Shown here one piece after another: positions 48,965 to 59,159 of a stretch of 64,000 bases of DNA (position 1 is the stretch's first letter; every line of letters starts with the position of its first letter). The notes beneath the pieces were generated by a model, which was not told where the DNA came from, did not search any database, and saw nothing but the letters and a program-made list of their open reading frames with translations. Location of the stretch: NCBI GenBank assembly GCA_041484665.1, contig JBGPIA010000001.1, forward strand, positions 928,001 through 992,000. The letters are read 5' to 3'. The stretch comes from Candidatus Krumholzibacteriia bacterium (GTDB taxonomy: Bacteria; Krumholzibacteriota; Krumholzibacteriia; JAJRXK01). The position numbers and the translations under genes are program-made.

Positions 48965-49735
48965 GTGACGCGATTCCGGCTGCTGCGCATCATCGGCCCG
49001 CCGCTGATCCCGCTGCTCGTGCTCACGGCGGGCTCGGAGCTCCTGATCCGCGGCGGGATCATTCCTGGATTCATCCTGCCTGCGCCCAGCGCCGTCGTGG
49101 CCGCCGTCGCCTTGAACACCCGCGAGCTGCTAGCCGCGCTGGGGCGCACCGCGCTGGCGGCGTCCCTCGGTTTCCTGCTGAGCGTGGCCGTCGGACTCTG
49201 CGCGGCGATCGCCCTGTCGACCTCGCGACTGGTCGAGCGGGCGCTCTATCCATACACAGTTTTCTTCCAGACCGTCCCCATCATCGCCATCGCCCCGCTG
49301 CTCGTCATCTGGCTGAACTACGGGCTCAAGGTCGTGGTGGCGTCGTCCTTCATCGTTTCGGTGTTTCCCGTGATCGCCAACGCGCTGGCGGGCATCCGGT
49401 CCACCGATCCCGCCCTGCTCGACCTGTTCCGCCTCTACGGCGCATCGCGCTCCAGTACGCTGCTCAAGTTGCGCATCCCGGCCGCGCTGCCCAGCATCCT
49501 GACCGGCCTGCGCATCGCCGGCGGGCTGGCCGTGATCGGCGCCATCGTCGGTGAGTTCATCACCGGCTACGGGCTCGGCGACGTGATCGAGTCGGCCAAG
49601 ACCCAGCAGCGGGTCGATCTGGTGTTCGCGGCCGTGCTGTTGGCCTCGCTGCTGGGGCTGGCGCTGTTTGGCCTCATTAACCTGCTCAGCTATCTTGCGC
49701 TCCGCCGCTGGCACGCCTGCGAGCAGAACGGCTGA
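48965..49735 (+). CDS. NitT/TauT-family ABC permease
   Basis: LPAPS, QTVPIIAIAPL, EAA-like loop, GAIVGEF. Confidence 0.93.
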   Translation: MTRFRLLRIIGPPLIPLLVLTAGSELLIRGGIIPGFILPAPSAVVAAVALNTRELLAALGRTALAASLGFLLSVAVGLCAAIALSTSRLVERALYPYTVFFQTVPIIAIAPLLVIWLNYGLKVVVASSFIVSVFPVIANALAGIRSTDPALLDLFRLYGASRSSTLLKLRIPAALPSILTGLRIAGGLAVIGAIVGEFITGYGLGDVIESAKTQQRVDLVFAAVLLASLLGLALFGLINLLSYLALRRWHACEQNG

Positions 49736-49835
49736 GCGACGCGGCCGGCGCCACAGGATGCCAGGTGGGTGGGACGCGGGCGCCGGGACGCGCCGCCGCA
49801 GCCCGCCGCGCGCCCGACAGGAAGGAGAACCAACC

Positions 49836-50882
49836 GTGCGATTCCCTGCCGCTTACCCCCGCTGCGTGCTGAGTGCCGTGCTTGGCCTCGCGGCGGCGGT
49901 CGCGCCGATCGCCGCCGCTGCGCGCGCCATCGCCGCGAACACCACGGCACCGACCACCCCCCCACCGGTCATCGAAGCGCCGACGAGCCCGGCGCTGGTC
50001 AAGGTCAGCCTAGCGCTCAACTGGAAGCCGGAGCCGCAGTTTGGCGGCTTCTATGTGGGGGAGTTCACCGGGACCTACTCCAAGCATCACCTGGACGTGA
50101 GAATCCTGCCCGGCGGCAGCGGGACTCCGACGGTGCAGATGGTGGGCGCGGGGACCGTCGAGTTCGGAATCGTCTCTGCCGATGAGCTCCTCATCGCGCG
50201 CGAGCATGGCAACGACGTGGTCGCCCTCTTCGCGACCTTTCAGGATTGCCCCCAGGGCCTGATGGTGCGCACCTCGCGCGGCTTCACCAGCATCGGCGAT
50301 ATCTTCACGCACCCTGGCACTGTCGCGATGCAGAAGGGCTTGCCTTACGCCCGCCTGCTCAAGCGCAAGTATGGCTTCGACCAGGTCAATGTCGTACCGT
50401 CGCCCGGCGGGGACATCACGGCCTTCCGCAACGACCCGGCGTTCGCCCAGCAGGTCTTCCTCACCTCGGAGCCGCTGGTGGCGCAGAAGGCCGGCATCGC
50501 AACCAGGACTTTCCTCGTGAAGGAGATCGGATACAACCCCTACACCACTGTCCTCATCACCCGCCGCGCCTACCTCGAGCAGAATCCCGCCGTGGTGCGG
50601 GACATGGTGGCCGCCGTCCAGGAGGGCTGGCGCGCGTACCTCGACGATCCTTCGGTCACCAACCGGCTCATCCAGCAGCGAAATCCCGCGATGGATCTCG
50701 AGACCTTCGCCGCCAGCGCGGCAGCCCAGAGACCTCTGATCGAGAACGAGGAGACCGCGCGTCTGGGGCTGGGCGCCATGACCGCTCAGCGCTGGACCGC
50801 CCTGGCGCGCCAGCTCGCCGAGCTCCGCGACATCAAGTCGGCGCCGCGGGCGCAGGATTGCTACGTCTGGCCGTCGAAGTAA
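49836..50882 (+). CDS. ABC substrate-binding protein, NMT1/THI5-like
   Basis: Signal peptide, LNWKPEPQFGGFY, PGGSG, GYNPY; AAGGAG RBS. Confidence 0.88.
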   Translation: MRFPAAYPRCVLSAVLGLAAAVAPIAAAARAIAANTTAPTTPPPVIEAPTSPALVKVSLALNWKPEPQFGGFYVGEFTGTYSKHHLDVRILPGGSGTPTVQMVGAGTVEFGIVSADELLIAREHGNDVVALFATFQDCPQGLMVRTSRGFTSIGDIFTHPGTVAMQKGLPYARLLKRKYGFDQVNVVPSPGGDITAFRNDPAFAQQVFLTSEPLVAQKAGIATRTFLVKEIGYNPYTTVLITRRAYLEQNPAVVRDMVAAVQEGWRAYLDDPSVTNRLIQQRNPAMDLETFAASAAAQRPLIENEETARLGLGAMTAQRWTALARQLAELRDIKSAPRAQDCYVWPSK

Positions 50883-50974
50883 CGGGTCGCCGTCGCACCA
50901 GGACTCGTCCGTCGCAATCGCGGGTCACCCGCGCGGCAGCGAGGCCCGGACGAACCACTCTCAAGCGCCCCCGC

Positions 50975-51745
50975 TCAGCTCACGGCCTTGCGCCGGAACT
51001 GGCGCAGCCCCAGCGCGAGGAAAGCCGCGTCGAAGGACACGAGCGCGCCCAGCACGGCCGGCAGGGCCAGGTGTGGGAACTGCGGCACCAGCGCGCTGCG
51101 GAAGCCCTCGCTCGCGTAGACAACCGGATTGATCAGCACGGCGCGCTGCAGGAACGGGAATGTCGAGAGCGAGCTCCACGGATAGTACGTGCACCCGAAG
51201 AAGATCATTGGCGCAAGCACCAGGCTGAACATCAGCCCGATCTGCGTCTGGCCGACGGTGCAGCCCAAGGTCAACCCGATGGCCGAGGCCATGAACGAGA
51301 CCAACAACGCCAGCCCGGCGAGCAGCAGCGGCCGGTGCAGGCTCAAGGCGACCCCATGTCCCATCACCAGCCACGCCAGCGGGATCACCACCAGCCCGGC
51401 CGCGAGCGCCTGGATCATGCCGGCGACGACCTTCTCGACGGCGAGCCACTCGATCTCCATGGGAGCCAGCAGCCGGTCCTCGATCTCACGCGTGAACTGG
51501 AACTCCGCCACCAGCGGCATGGCCACGGCCTGGATTCCCGAGAGTACCATGCTGATGGCCATGATCCCGGGCAAGAGCAGGCTCTTGTACTCCTGCGGCA
51601 TGAGTCCGCTGCCGGTCATCACGCGGCCGAAGATGAACACGAACAGCATGGGCTGCAGCAGCGTCTGCAGCAGGAGCGGAACAAAGTTGCGGCGCGCTAC
51701 GTGGGCGTCGCGGGCGAGCATGGCGAGAAAGGTCCGGCCGTTCAT
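50975..51745 (-). CDS. ABC-2 type permease
   Basis: LLQPMLF, PGIMA, REIEDRLLAP, NPVVYASEGFR. Confidence 0.9.
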   Translation of the reverse strand: MNGRTFLAMLARDAHVARRNFVPLLLQTLLQPMLFVFIFGRVMTGSGLMPQEYKSLLLPGIMAISMVLSGIQAVAMPLVAEFQFTREIEDRLLAPMEIEWLAVEKVVAGMIQALAAGLVVIPLAWLVMGHGVALSLHRPLLLAGLALLVSFMASAIGLTLGCTVGQTQIGLMFSLVLAPMIFFGCTYYPWSSLSTFPFLQRAVLINPVVYASEGFRSALVPQFPHLALPAVLGALVSFDAAFLALGLRQFRRKAVS

Positions 51746-52767
51746 TCCCGCAGGCTCCTCCCCGTATGGTGCAGGAAGAGGTTCTCCAGGCTCGGCGCCG
51801 ATATGTGGATGTCGGACACGCCCACGCCGTGCTCGACTGCGAGGTTGACGACCTGCGGCACCAGCGCCCCACCACGGTCCGCGTAGATGTCCAGCGCGCC
51901 GTCCGGCGCCGGGCGCACTTCGGTGACCCCTGGGAGGCCTTGCAGCGCCTGCGCGAGCGTCCCCGCGCCATTCTCGAAGTGCAGGCGAATCACGTAGCCT
52001 CCGGGAACGGAGCGCTTCAGCTCCTGAGGCGTCCCCACCGCAATCATCCTTCCATGGTCGATGATCGCCACTCGATCGCAGAGCGCATCGGCCTCCTCCA
52101 TGTTGTGCGTCGTCAGGAGGATCGTCTTTCCCTGCTGGTTGTACTCGCGCACGATCTCCCACAGCAGGAGCCGCGTCTGGGGATCCAGCCCGGCGCTGGG
52201 CTCATCGAGGAACAGGACCTGCGGATCGTGCATCATCGCCCGGGCGATGGACAGCCGCTGCATCATCCCGCCCGAGAACCCGAAGAGGAGCTGGTTGGCC
52301 CGGTCGGAGAGCTTGAAGCGCTCCAGCAACTCGCCGGCGCGCCGGCCGCGCTCGGCCGCGGGGAGCCCGAAGTAAGCCCCGTGGAAGGTGAGCACCTCCC
52401 GAGCCGTCAGGCCGAAGTCGAGGTTCGGGCGTTGCGGCACCACGCCGATGAGCCGCTTGACCTCCACGCGCCGCTTCCAGACGTCGTGGTCGCCGATCCA
52501 GGCCTCGCCGGAGGTCGGGCGCACCCGCGTTGTGAGCACGCCGACGGTCGTAGACTTGCCGGCGCCATTGGGCCCCAGCAGCCCGAAGATCTCTCCGGGG
52601 CGGACCTCCAGCGACAGACCGTCCAGGGCCACCACTTGGTAGTTTTGTCCCTTCGGTTGCCGCCGCGGGCGGGCCATGCTGAATGCCGCTCCGCGCACGT
52701 TGGCGCCGAGGGGGGGCAGAGACGTGTAGACCTTCCGGAGCGCGTTGGTACGGATGCCGACGGGCAT
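51742..52767 (-). CDS. ABC exporter ATP-binding protein (DrrA/NodI-like)
   Basis: GPNGAGKST, FSGGMMQR, DEPSAGLD, PSLENLFL. Confidence 0.93.
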   Translation of the reverse strand: MPVGIRTNALRKVYTSLPPLGANVRGAAFSMARPRRQPKGQNYQVVALDGLSLEVRPGEIFGLLGPNGAGKSTTVGVLTTRVRPTSGEAWIGDHDVWKRRVEVKRLIGVVPQRPNLDFGLTAREVLTFHGAYFGLPAAERGRRAGELLERFKLSDRANQLLFGFSGGMMQRLSIARAMMHDPQVLFLDEPSAGLDPQTRLLLWEIVREYNQQGKTILLTTHNMEEADALCDRVAIIDHGRMIAVGTPQELKRSVPGGYVIRLHFENGAGTLAQALQGLPGVTEVRPAPDGALDIYADRGGALVPQVVNLAVEHGVGVSDIHISAPSLENLFLHHTGRSLRE

Positions 52768-52774
52768 CAGGGCC

Positions 52775-54673
52775 TCACCGCAGCAGCACCGTACGCGCTA
52801 CGGCCGTGTGGGCCGGGGTCCACAGCTCCAGGAGATAGACGCCCGCCGCAACGGACCGGCCGCTCTGGTCCTGACCCGGCCAGAGCGCTCGGTGCAGCCC
52901 CGGCTCGAGCAGGCTCTCCTCGACCATGGTCGCGACCCTGCGACCGCGCATGTCGTAGACCGACAACCTGACCGGCAGCGCCTTGCCACCCGGCACCTGG
53001 AAGGACACCTCGAGGCGGGAGCGGGCCGGATTGGGAACGCTGACGAACGCCGGATAGATCGCAACCGGCGGCCCCAGCGCATCAACCCCCGTGGCGGGCG
53101 CGATCACGTCCGCGGCGCTGCGGGGAACCAGCCGATAGCTCTGCAGGAATGGGCTCGTCGTGTCGAACTGGTCCACGATCGCGACCAGGGCGAACCCCGC
53201 GGGCGGCGCCGTCGTGCCGTCCACGTCGGTGTCGCGGTCCACGAACAACGTGAACGACGAGGCGCCGCCGTCGTCGCTCACGGTCAGGCTCGCGTCACTG
53301 CCGGCGAAGGGCCAGGTGCCCGACAGGATCGTCAGGTTGTTCACGCGCACCAGCCGCCCCTCGAATGCCTCGGCCGCTGGCAGCAAGCTGGCCAAGGTCA
53401 TTGTGACCGGAGCCACGGGCAGGCCTGACGCGAGCACGACGACCGCGCGCGGCTCGAGCTCGGTGCGGCCGCTGAACTGGCTGAGGCTGCCCAACGCGAC
53501 GATCTGGTCCCCCGGCGTCACCGCGAAGGATACACCGCTGGCCCCGTTCACTGCGATGCCAGCGGCAGGAGCGCAGTCGTCCACGATGAAGAAGTCGTTG
53601 GCTTGAGTGCTGAACGCCGGATTCCCCGTCGTGACCAGGCCCGCGGTCATCACCGGAGCCCCGCTGTTGGTGATCGCTCCGTTGGCGTCCACGCTGCGCA
53701 CCGCGCCGACGCACGGCAGCGCGCCCGGATCGTAGAACCCCACGAAGTCCGGGGACGGCGGCGGATAGCCCGGCACCGTCACGCTCCCGGCCGTCGCCGC
53801 GACGTAGAACTCGTACACCCCCGGGCCGCCGGGCGGGCTCCAGCTGTAGGTGTAGGCATCGCCGCCCGCCGGGACCATGGGCGACGCGGTCCACGACCCA
53901 CCCGCGGGTCGGGCGTACAGGCTCACCGTGTCGGGCACGCGCGGCGCGCAACTCTCCAGGGACGTCACCGTCGCGGTCACGACGATGGGCGTGGCGCCGC
54001 CTGCCGCAACCAGCCGCGGCGCGGGCGTCGTGCCGCTCACGATCATCAAGATGCTGCCGGCCACCCAGCCGCTGTTGGGCGCCCCCGGCGTGCCGTTGAG
54101 GGGAGTGCCGCCGCTGTCGAGTCCGTTGCGCGTGATGCCGTCGTTGGTGTGCCAGCTCGCGGGCACCGTCCCGTCCGCCGCGAACCCGCACGCCACCTGA
54201 TTGCGCTCCATGGTGAAGTCCTGGATCGTCCCCGCCTCATTCACCCCGGCGAACCAGAGGGTGGCGGGCTGTCCCGCGGCATCGATCGTCGCGGAGCTCT
54301 GATCCAGGAGCATGAGCTCCTCGCCGACGTTGCTGAGCGTGTTGTGGAAGGACGGGATGTTGAGCTCGCTGATGCGGTTGGAGATCGCAGCTCCGCTGCG
54401 GCCCTCGATCACGTAGAAGCCGCCCGCGGGAATGGACCCAACCAGATTCAGCGTGCCGCCGCTGGACTCGGTCAGGACCCAGCCAGTGAGGGCAATCGGC
54501 GATGCGGTCTGGTTGTGGAGCTCGACCCACTCATCCCCCGTGTTGGCAGCGCTCCCCGCCCACGCGATCTCGCTGATGATGACGTCTCCTGGATTCGCGG
54601 CCCGGGCAGGAACAAGGCCCCCGGCCAGCGCGAGGACCAGCGGGCAGATGGCTGTCAGGCGAACGATGTGCAT
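52775..54673 (-). CDS. Secreted lamin-tail-domain protein with OB-fold-like region and C-terminal FlgD-Ig-type domain
   Basis: Signal peptide, VIISEIAW..DEWVELHN..GTPG (LTD), EAFEGRLVRV, YRLVPRSAAD, PNP..VYDMRGRRV..W.GQD.SG..VAAGVY. Confidence 0.85.
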   Translation of the reverse strand: MHIVRLTAICPLVLALAGGLVPARAANPGDVIISEIAWAGSAANTGDEWVELHNQTASPIALTGWVLTESSGGTLNLVGSIPAGGFYVIEGRSGAAISNRISELNIPSFHNTLSNVGEELMLLDQSSATIDAAGQPATLWFAGVNEAGTIQDFTMERNQVACGFAADGTVPASWHTNDGITRNGLDSGGTPLNGTPGAPNSGWVAGSILMIVSGTTPAPRLVAAGGATPIVVTATVTSLESCAPRVPDTVSLYARPAGGSWTASPMVPAGGDAYTYSWSPPGGPGVYEFYVAATAGSVTVPGYPPPSPDFVGFYDPGALPCVGAVRSVDANGAITNSGAPVMTAGLVTTGNPAFSTQANDFFIVDDCAPAAGIAVNGASGVSFAVTPGDQIVALGSLSQFSGRTELEPRAVVVLASGLPVAPVTMTLASLLPAAEAFEGRLVRVNNLTILSGTWPFAGSDASLTVSDDGGASSFTLFVDRDTDVDGTTAPPAGFALVAIVDQFDTTSPFLQSYRLVPRSAADVIAPATGVDALGPPVAIYPAFVSVPNPARSRLEVSFQVPGGKALPVRLSVYDMRGRRVATMVEESLLEPGLHRALWPGQDQSGRSVAAGVYLLELWTPAHTAVARTVLLR

Positions 54674-54980
54674 GGTGCCTCTCCCTGGATCGATCGGGCG
54701 GTGCGATGTGGAGCAGTGGAAACGGGGGACCCCCTACCGAGGCTAACTCGCGGCGCCGGCCGACCGCAAGGCCGCTGGAGAACTGGCGCGGGCTCAAAAC
54801 GGTGGCCGGGATGGCGGCGGGGACGGCGGCCCGGGGCGGACCCCCGGATCGCGCCCGGGGCGGCGGTTGGGATAACGCCCCCGGGGGCACCCTGGGCGGC
54901 GCTCCAGGGGGAGGCCCACGCGGGCGGCCGGGGTGGCGCGCCGGGCGGCTGGAGACGACCCGCCGCGCGCCGGCGGGAGG

Positions 54981-57347
54981 TCAGCGCCGCGCGTGGTAGG
55001 CCAGCTTGACGAAGAACCCGTCCTGCACCGGTCGAAGGCTCGCCACATCGAACGCGCCCGCGGCCTCCAGCAAGGAGCCATAGCCAAGGAATGCGACGGT
55101 CCCGGGCGAGGGCTCGAAGGAGATCAGGCCGTCGACGCGCAGCCCGTCGGATGCCTCTGCGCCCGCCACCGTCCCGTCCACCAGCAGCGGCTCCCCCGTG
55201 CGCGCGTCGGCGAGGGCCGCCTGCCGCTCTGAGCGGTATTCGCCGATCAGGCGGAAGAACAGCGCCCGGGAGGGCTGCACCTCGAGCTTGATGCGGGGAA
55301 TCACCGTGCGCGCGAACTGCGTGCCATCGCGGCGGCGGGCGAGCCAGGAGGCCGTTGCGCTCGCGGAGATGCGAATGGACTCGCCCGGGCGCAACGCGAC
55401 TCCGCCGTTCACGTTCGTCCCGGTGCCCTGCGACCCCTCCGGGAAGATCCCGACGCGTGCCCGGCTGGCGGAAACGCGCGCGTCCAGCCCACGGTAGGTC
55501 GGCGTGCTCGCCGCAAGCGTGATCTGCGGCCCAGACGTCTCGTCGAGCGGCGTGTACGGGAGCGGCCCGCCGGCTGCAGCCGTCTCATAGCCGGCGTAGG
55601 CCGCACGGTCGAAGTGCACGAACTGGCGGCTGATCGTGGCGTCACCCTCCCACCCGCCGCGCAGGCGCAGCGACCCTTCCAGGTTCTCGCTCCCCTCCAC
55701 GGCGTTCTCCCTCAGGAATCCGCCGTACCGCCAGACACGTACGGGCGTCACGAAGACACTGAAACTCTCCAGCAGCGCGCCGCGCGGGCCGTAGAACGTG
55801 AAGCGGTCGAACAGGTGCCCGCTCACCACGTCGCTGCGCGGCACGTAGCCCGCTTTGCTCACGAAATCTTCCCCGACGCCATTGAGCTGGTAGTTGAACC
55901 CGAATGAGCCCCCCGTCCGGTCCACCTCCACCCTCCAGAGCGGCGCCGCGCGCGCACCGGCGTCGTCCCGCGTCCAGGAGCCGCCCAGCTGGCCCTGCGC
56001 GTAGTAGAGCTTGCCGAACACCACGCGCGCATCGCCCGCCGCGACGCGGTTGAAGAGCGACGTCCCAAGCACGCTGCGGTCGGTGTACGTGACCCCCGCG
56101 ACGGAGTTCGAGCCGAAGTCGCACCGCAAGCGGCTGATGTTGAACAGGGCGTCTTTGCTCGATCCGTCCACCGACTGGTCGACCGCAGTCAGGTGCGCCA
56201 CGCCCAGCCGGCCGAGCTTGCCGGTGAGCTTGCCGCCGGCGATCGGATCGGCGATCTGCCGCGTGTAGACCAGCTGGTTGGGCGTGGCGAAGAGGTCGAT
56301 TGCCTCTAGGAAGAACGGTCGTTTCTCCGGATAGAACAGCGCGAAGCGCTCGTTGACCGTGACCTGTCCTTCGTCGGTCTCCACCTGGCTGAAATCGGGG
56401 TTCACGGTCAAGTCGATGGAGAGGCTCGTGAGCCCCAGGGACACGTTCACCCCGGCGCTGGTGTCGAGCCTTCCCCGCTCGAAGCTCCCGGTGGCTGCGT
56501 CGCGGGCGCCGTTCGCCGTGCCCGTGACGAAGGGCTGTGCCTCGAACGTGACGCCGCGCGCTAGGTCGTGCAGGCCATCGATGGCGCCCGACTGCAGGAG
56601 GAAGCTGGCATTGGCGCGGCGCACGTCCGTCCACGTGTCCTCGTAGCCGGTGCGCTGCACCAAGCGCGACACGTTGAGCCCCCACGTTTGCGGGCCGCTG
56701 CCGCGGTAGCGCAGGCTCTTGAAGGGAATGCGCAGCTCGACCACGTAGCCGTCGCCGGTGATCTGGCCCTTGGAGTCGAACAGATAGTCGGGGTTGCGGT
56801 CCACGCTGCCCCCGAAAATGCTCCCGGCGCTGGAGGCGCCCTCGCTGCGCATGCCATCCTGCTGCACCCCGAGGGGATTCACCGCGAAGTAGTAGGCGCG
56901 CCGGCGGTCGTTGAAGGTGTCCAGCCAGAGCACCACCTGGTCGTCGGCGTCGATGTTGTCGCGATCGGCGACCGTAGCGCGGATGGACGCCGGGTCGCGG
57001 TCCTGGGCGATCACGCCGAAGTAGATGGCGCTGGGCGAGTACCAGACCCTGACTTCGGTTTGCTCCTCGGCGGGCCGGCCATCCACCGGCTGAAACTGGG
57101 AGAACCCTGTGAGGCGGGTCGCCTGAGACCAGGGCGCCTCGTCGAGGACGCCGTCGATCTCGACGTCCGCCTCGATGCGCGGGATGGTCGCCGTCGGCGC
57201 TCCCATCCCATCCACACCCGGCGGCAGCGCGCGCGCCGGAGCGGCAACCGCGATGGCGAGCAGCGCAAGACCGGGCGCGAAACTGAGCGAGCGCACGCGC
57301 AGGCGCGGATGCACGCGCCGCAGCGAGCGCAGCGGCTGACCGGTCAT
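54981..57347 (-). CDS. CBM9-like domain + DUF5916-type outer-membrane protein
   Basis: IDGVLDEAPW, LDTFND, VNPLGVQQD, ELRIPFKSLRY, NPDFSQVE, FYPEKRPFFLE. Confidence 0.85.
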   Translation of the reverse strand: MTGQPLRSLRRVHPRLRVRSLSFAPGLALLAIAVAAPARALPPGVDGMGAPTATIPRIEADVEIDGVLDEAPWSQATRLTGFSQFQPVDGRPAEEQTEVRVWYSPSAIYFGVIAQDRDPASIRATVADRDNIDADDQVVLWLDTFNDRRRAYYFAVNPLGVQQDGMRSEGASSAGSIFGGSVDRNPDYLFDSKGQITGDGYVVELRIPFKSLRYRGSGPQTWGLNVSRLVQRTGYEDTWTDVRRANASFLLQSGAIDGLHDLARGVTFEAQPFVTGTANGARDAATGSFERGRLDTSAGVNVSLGLTSLSIDLTVNPDFSQVETDEGQVTVNERFALFYPEKRPFFLEAIDLFATPNQLVYTRQIADPIAGGKLTGKLGRLGVAHLTAVDQSVDGSSKDALFNISRLRCDFGSNSVAGVTYTDRSVLGTSLFNRVAAGDARVVFGKLYYAQGQLGGSWTRDDAGARAAPLWRVEVDRTGGSFGFNYQLNGVGEDFVSKAGYVPRSDVVSGHLFDRFTFYGPRGALLESFSVFVTPVRVWRYGGFLRENAVEGSENLEGSLRLRGGWEGDATISRQFVHFDRAAYAGYETAAAGGPLPYTPLDETSGPQITLAASTPTYRGLDARVSASRARVGIFPEGSQGTGTNVNGGVALRPGESIRISASATASWLARRRDGTQFARTVIPRIKLEVQPSRALFFRLIGEYRSERQAALADARTGEPLLVDGTVAGAEASDGLRVDGLISFEPSPGTVAFLGYGSLLEAAGAFDVASLRPVQDGFFVKLAYHARR

Positions 57348-57568
57348 CGATGGGGTGTCCAGGGGCTCGTGGCCGGCTCCAGCGGGACGTCGCGCGGTCG
57401 CATGAGGTCGGGCCGCGGCGCGCGTTGGGGAGTCCCGCAGAGCGACGCCGCCGGCTCGGGCGCCCATGATACTGTGCGGCTGAGTGGAGCGACAGCGGCT
57501 TCCGGCCGCTCCTGGCGCGCTCACGGACAGCCCGGGACTTTGGCCGCGGCGGGACGGGGGCCGGGACG

Positions 57569-58909
57569 TCAGCGCTTCGAGCCGTCTCGCGGCCGGCTCG
57601 GATCCACGGGCGTTGCGCCCTTCGCGCGACGGCCCTTGCCCCCCTTTGCTGCGCCGCGCGCAGCTGCCGCGGCTGCATCGCGTGCCGCCTGCGCCTGTTG
57701 CGCCTCGTGGCGCGCCCCGAGCAGCTCCCGCTCTCGGGCGGCCTGCTCCTCGAGCGCTCGGCGCTCCGCCGCGTGCTGCTCGCGCAGCGCCTGCGCGGAT
57801 GCGTTGGTGGGCGGTTGCGCGAGCTCGCGCAGGTGCCTCTCTTCCAGCGCGCGCAGCTGCTTCTGCTGCCGCACCCCCAGATCGTGCCGCTCCCGCTCCT
57901 GCCGGCGGCGGATGTCCGCCGGAATGTCGCGCGCGGGGGGCGGTGGCGGGGTCTGCGGCGTCGCGGTCGGGACGTTGCGCGGCGGAACGGTGCCGGAGCG
58001 GACGGCGCCCGGGACGATAGCGCCGGGAACGACGGCGGCAGCGGCAGGCCGCGATGGAGCCTGGGAGGGCCGCTCGGGCGGCGACTGGGACCGCGTGTCC
58101 GGCACGTCTGGCCTGTAGACTCGCACGACGCCGCCGCGCGGCGGCTGCGGCCGAGTGCCGGGCCCCGGCATCTCGACGATGCGGTAACGCGTGACCGGCT
58201 TGTGCATGGCACGCTCGATCCCGCCGACGCCCAGACCACTGTCCACCACGCGGTTGTCGACGATCACGAGGTTCGTGACGCTGCGCGTCTGGCGGATCAG
58301 CGTGACGTTGCGTGGCAGGGTGGCGATTCGTGCGCGCAGGCGTCCGCCCACGAAGTGCGCGTCATCGCAGAAGCTCCACCAGTACGGCTCGATCCCGGCG
58401 TCCAGGTCGAAGCCGCCCGTCTCCAGGCCGATCCCGGCGCGCCAGCCGACCTGCGGCGGCAGCGGAGCCCAGCCGACCCAGCCTCCGCCGGAGCGCCACG
58501 CCACCCACGCCGGAGCCCAGACCGCCGCGGGGACCCACACCCACCCGCGCGCCGGCCGAAAGCTCCAGCGGCCGTAGTGGAAGGGAGCCCAGCCCCAGAC
58601 CTGGTCGGACTGCCAGCACCACCCGGCGTCGGTGAAGATCCACTCACCGTCGGTGTAGGGACGCCAGTCAGGCGGCAACCCCGACGGGGTCCAGGCCCAA
58701 CCGTAGTCGGCGTCCCAGAACCAGACGCCGTACGGAGCGAGCGAATTGTAGAAGATGCCGACATCGGCCCGGGCGGACGCTGCATCGGCATCGGCGGAGA
58801 ATCTGGCAGAGGAGCCGGCGGAGGAGCCCTCGTAGGGACTCGTTGCGCACGCAGCGCACGCGGCGATCAAGACGGCTCCAAGCATGGGGGCGGTCAGAAA
58901 GCGTTCCAT
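57569..58909 (-). CDS. Trp/Gly/Pro-rich DUF6600-like lipoprotein with charged C-terminal tail
   Basis: FYNSLAPYGVW, WRPYTDG.W, WGWAPFHYGRW, WAPAWVAW, VGWAPLPP. Confidence 0.8.
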   Translation of the reverse strand: MERFLTAPMLGAVLIAACAACATSPYEGSSAGSSARFSADADAASARADVGIFYNSLAPYGVWFWDADYGWAWTPSGLPPDWRPYTDGEWIFTDAGWCWQSDQVWGWAPFHYGRWSFRPARGWVWVPAAVWAPAWVAWRSGGGWVGWAPLPPQVGWRAGIGLETGGFDLDAGIEPYWWSFCDDAHFVGGRLRARIATLPRNVTLIRQTRSVTNLVIVDNRVVDSGLGVGGIERAMHKPVTRYRIVEMPGPGTRPQPPRGGVVRVYRPDVPDTRSQSPPERPSQAPSRPAAAAVVPGAIVPGAVRSGTVPPRNVPTATPQTPPPPPARDIPADIRRRQERERHDLGVRQQKQLRALEERHLRELAQPPTNASAQALREQHAAERRALEEQAARERELLGARHEAQQAQAARDAAAAAARGAAKGGKGRRAKGATPVDPSRPRDGSKR

Positions 58910-59159
58910 GGCCCTCCAGTCCCACCACGAGTGCCAGCGCAGCGCACGAGAGCAGTGCGGGGCTCCGCAGTGCTGTCGTCGCGGCCGGTGCGCGGTGCGC
59001 CGCAACAGCACCTGCGCCGTCTGGAGGGGGTGAGTCCCACCGTGCGCCTGTGCGCGCCTCGAATGTGATGCTCGTGGTACTCCCCGGGCCGGGACAGGTT
59101 CCCAGAGGCGTTGGCCCGCGCCACGACGCTGCTGGCGGGCGTTTGGCGCAAGCGCCATA

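Noticed and set aside
54730..54825. Loose resemblance to a c-di-GMP-I riboswitch (GGCTAAC...GACCGCAAGGCC)
   Set aside because: Wrong strand for the downstream gene and no GNRA/receptor architecture
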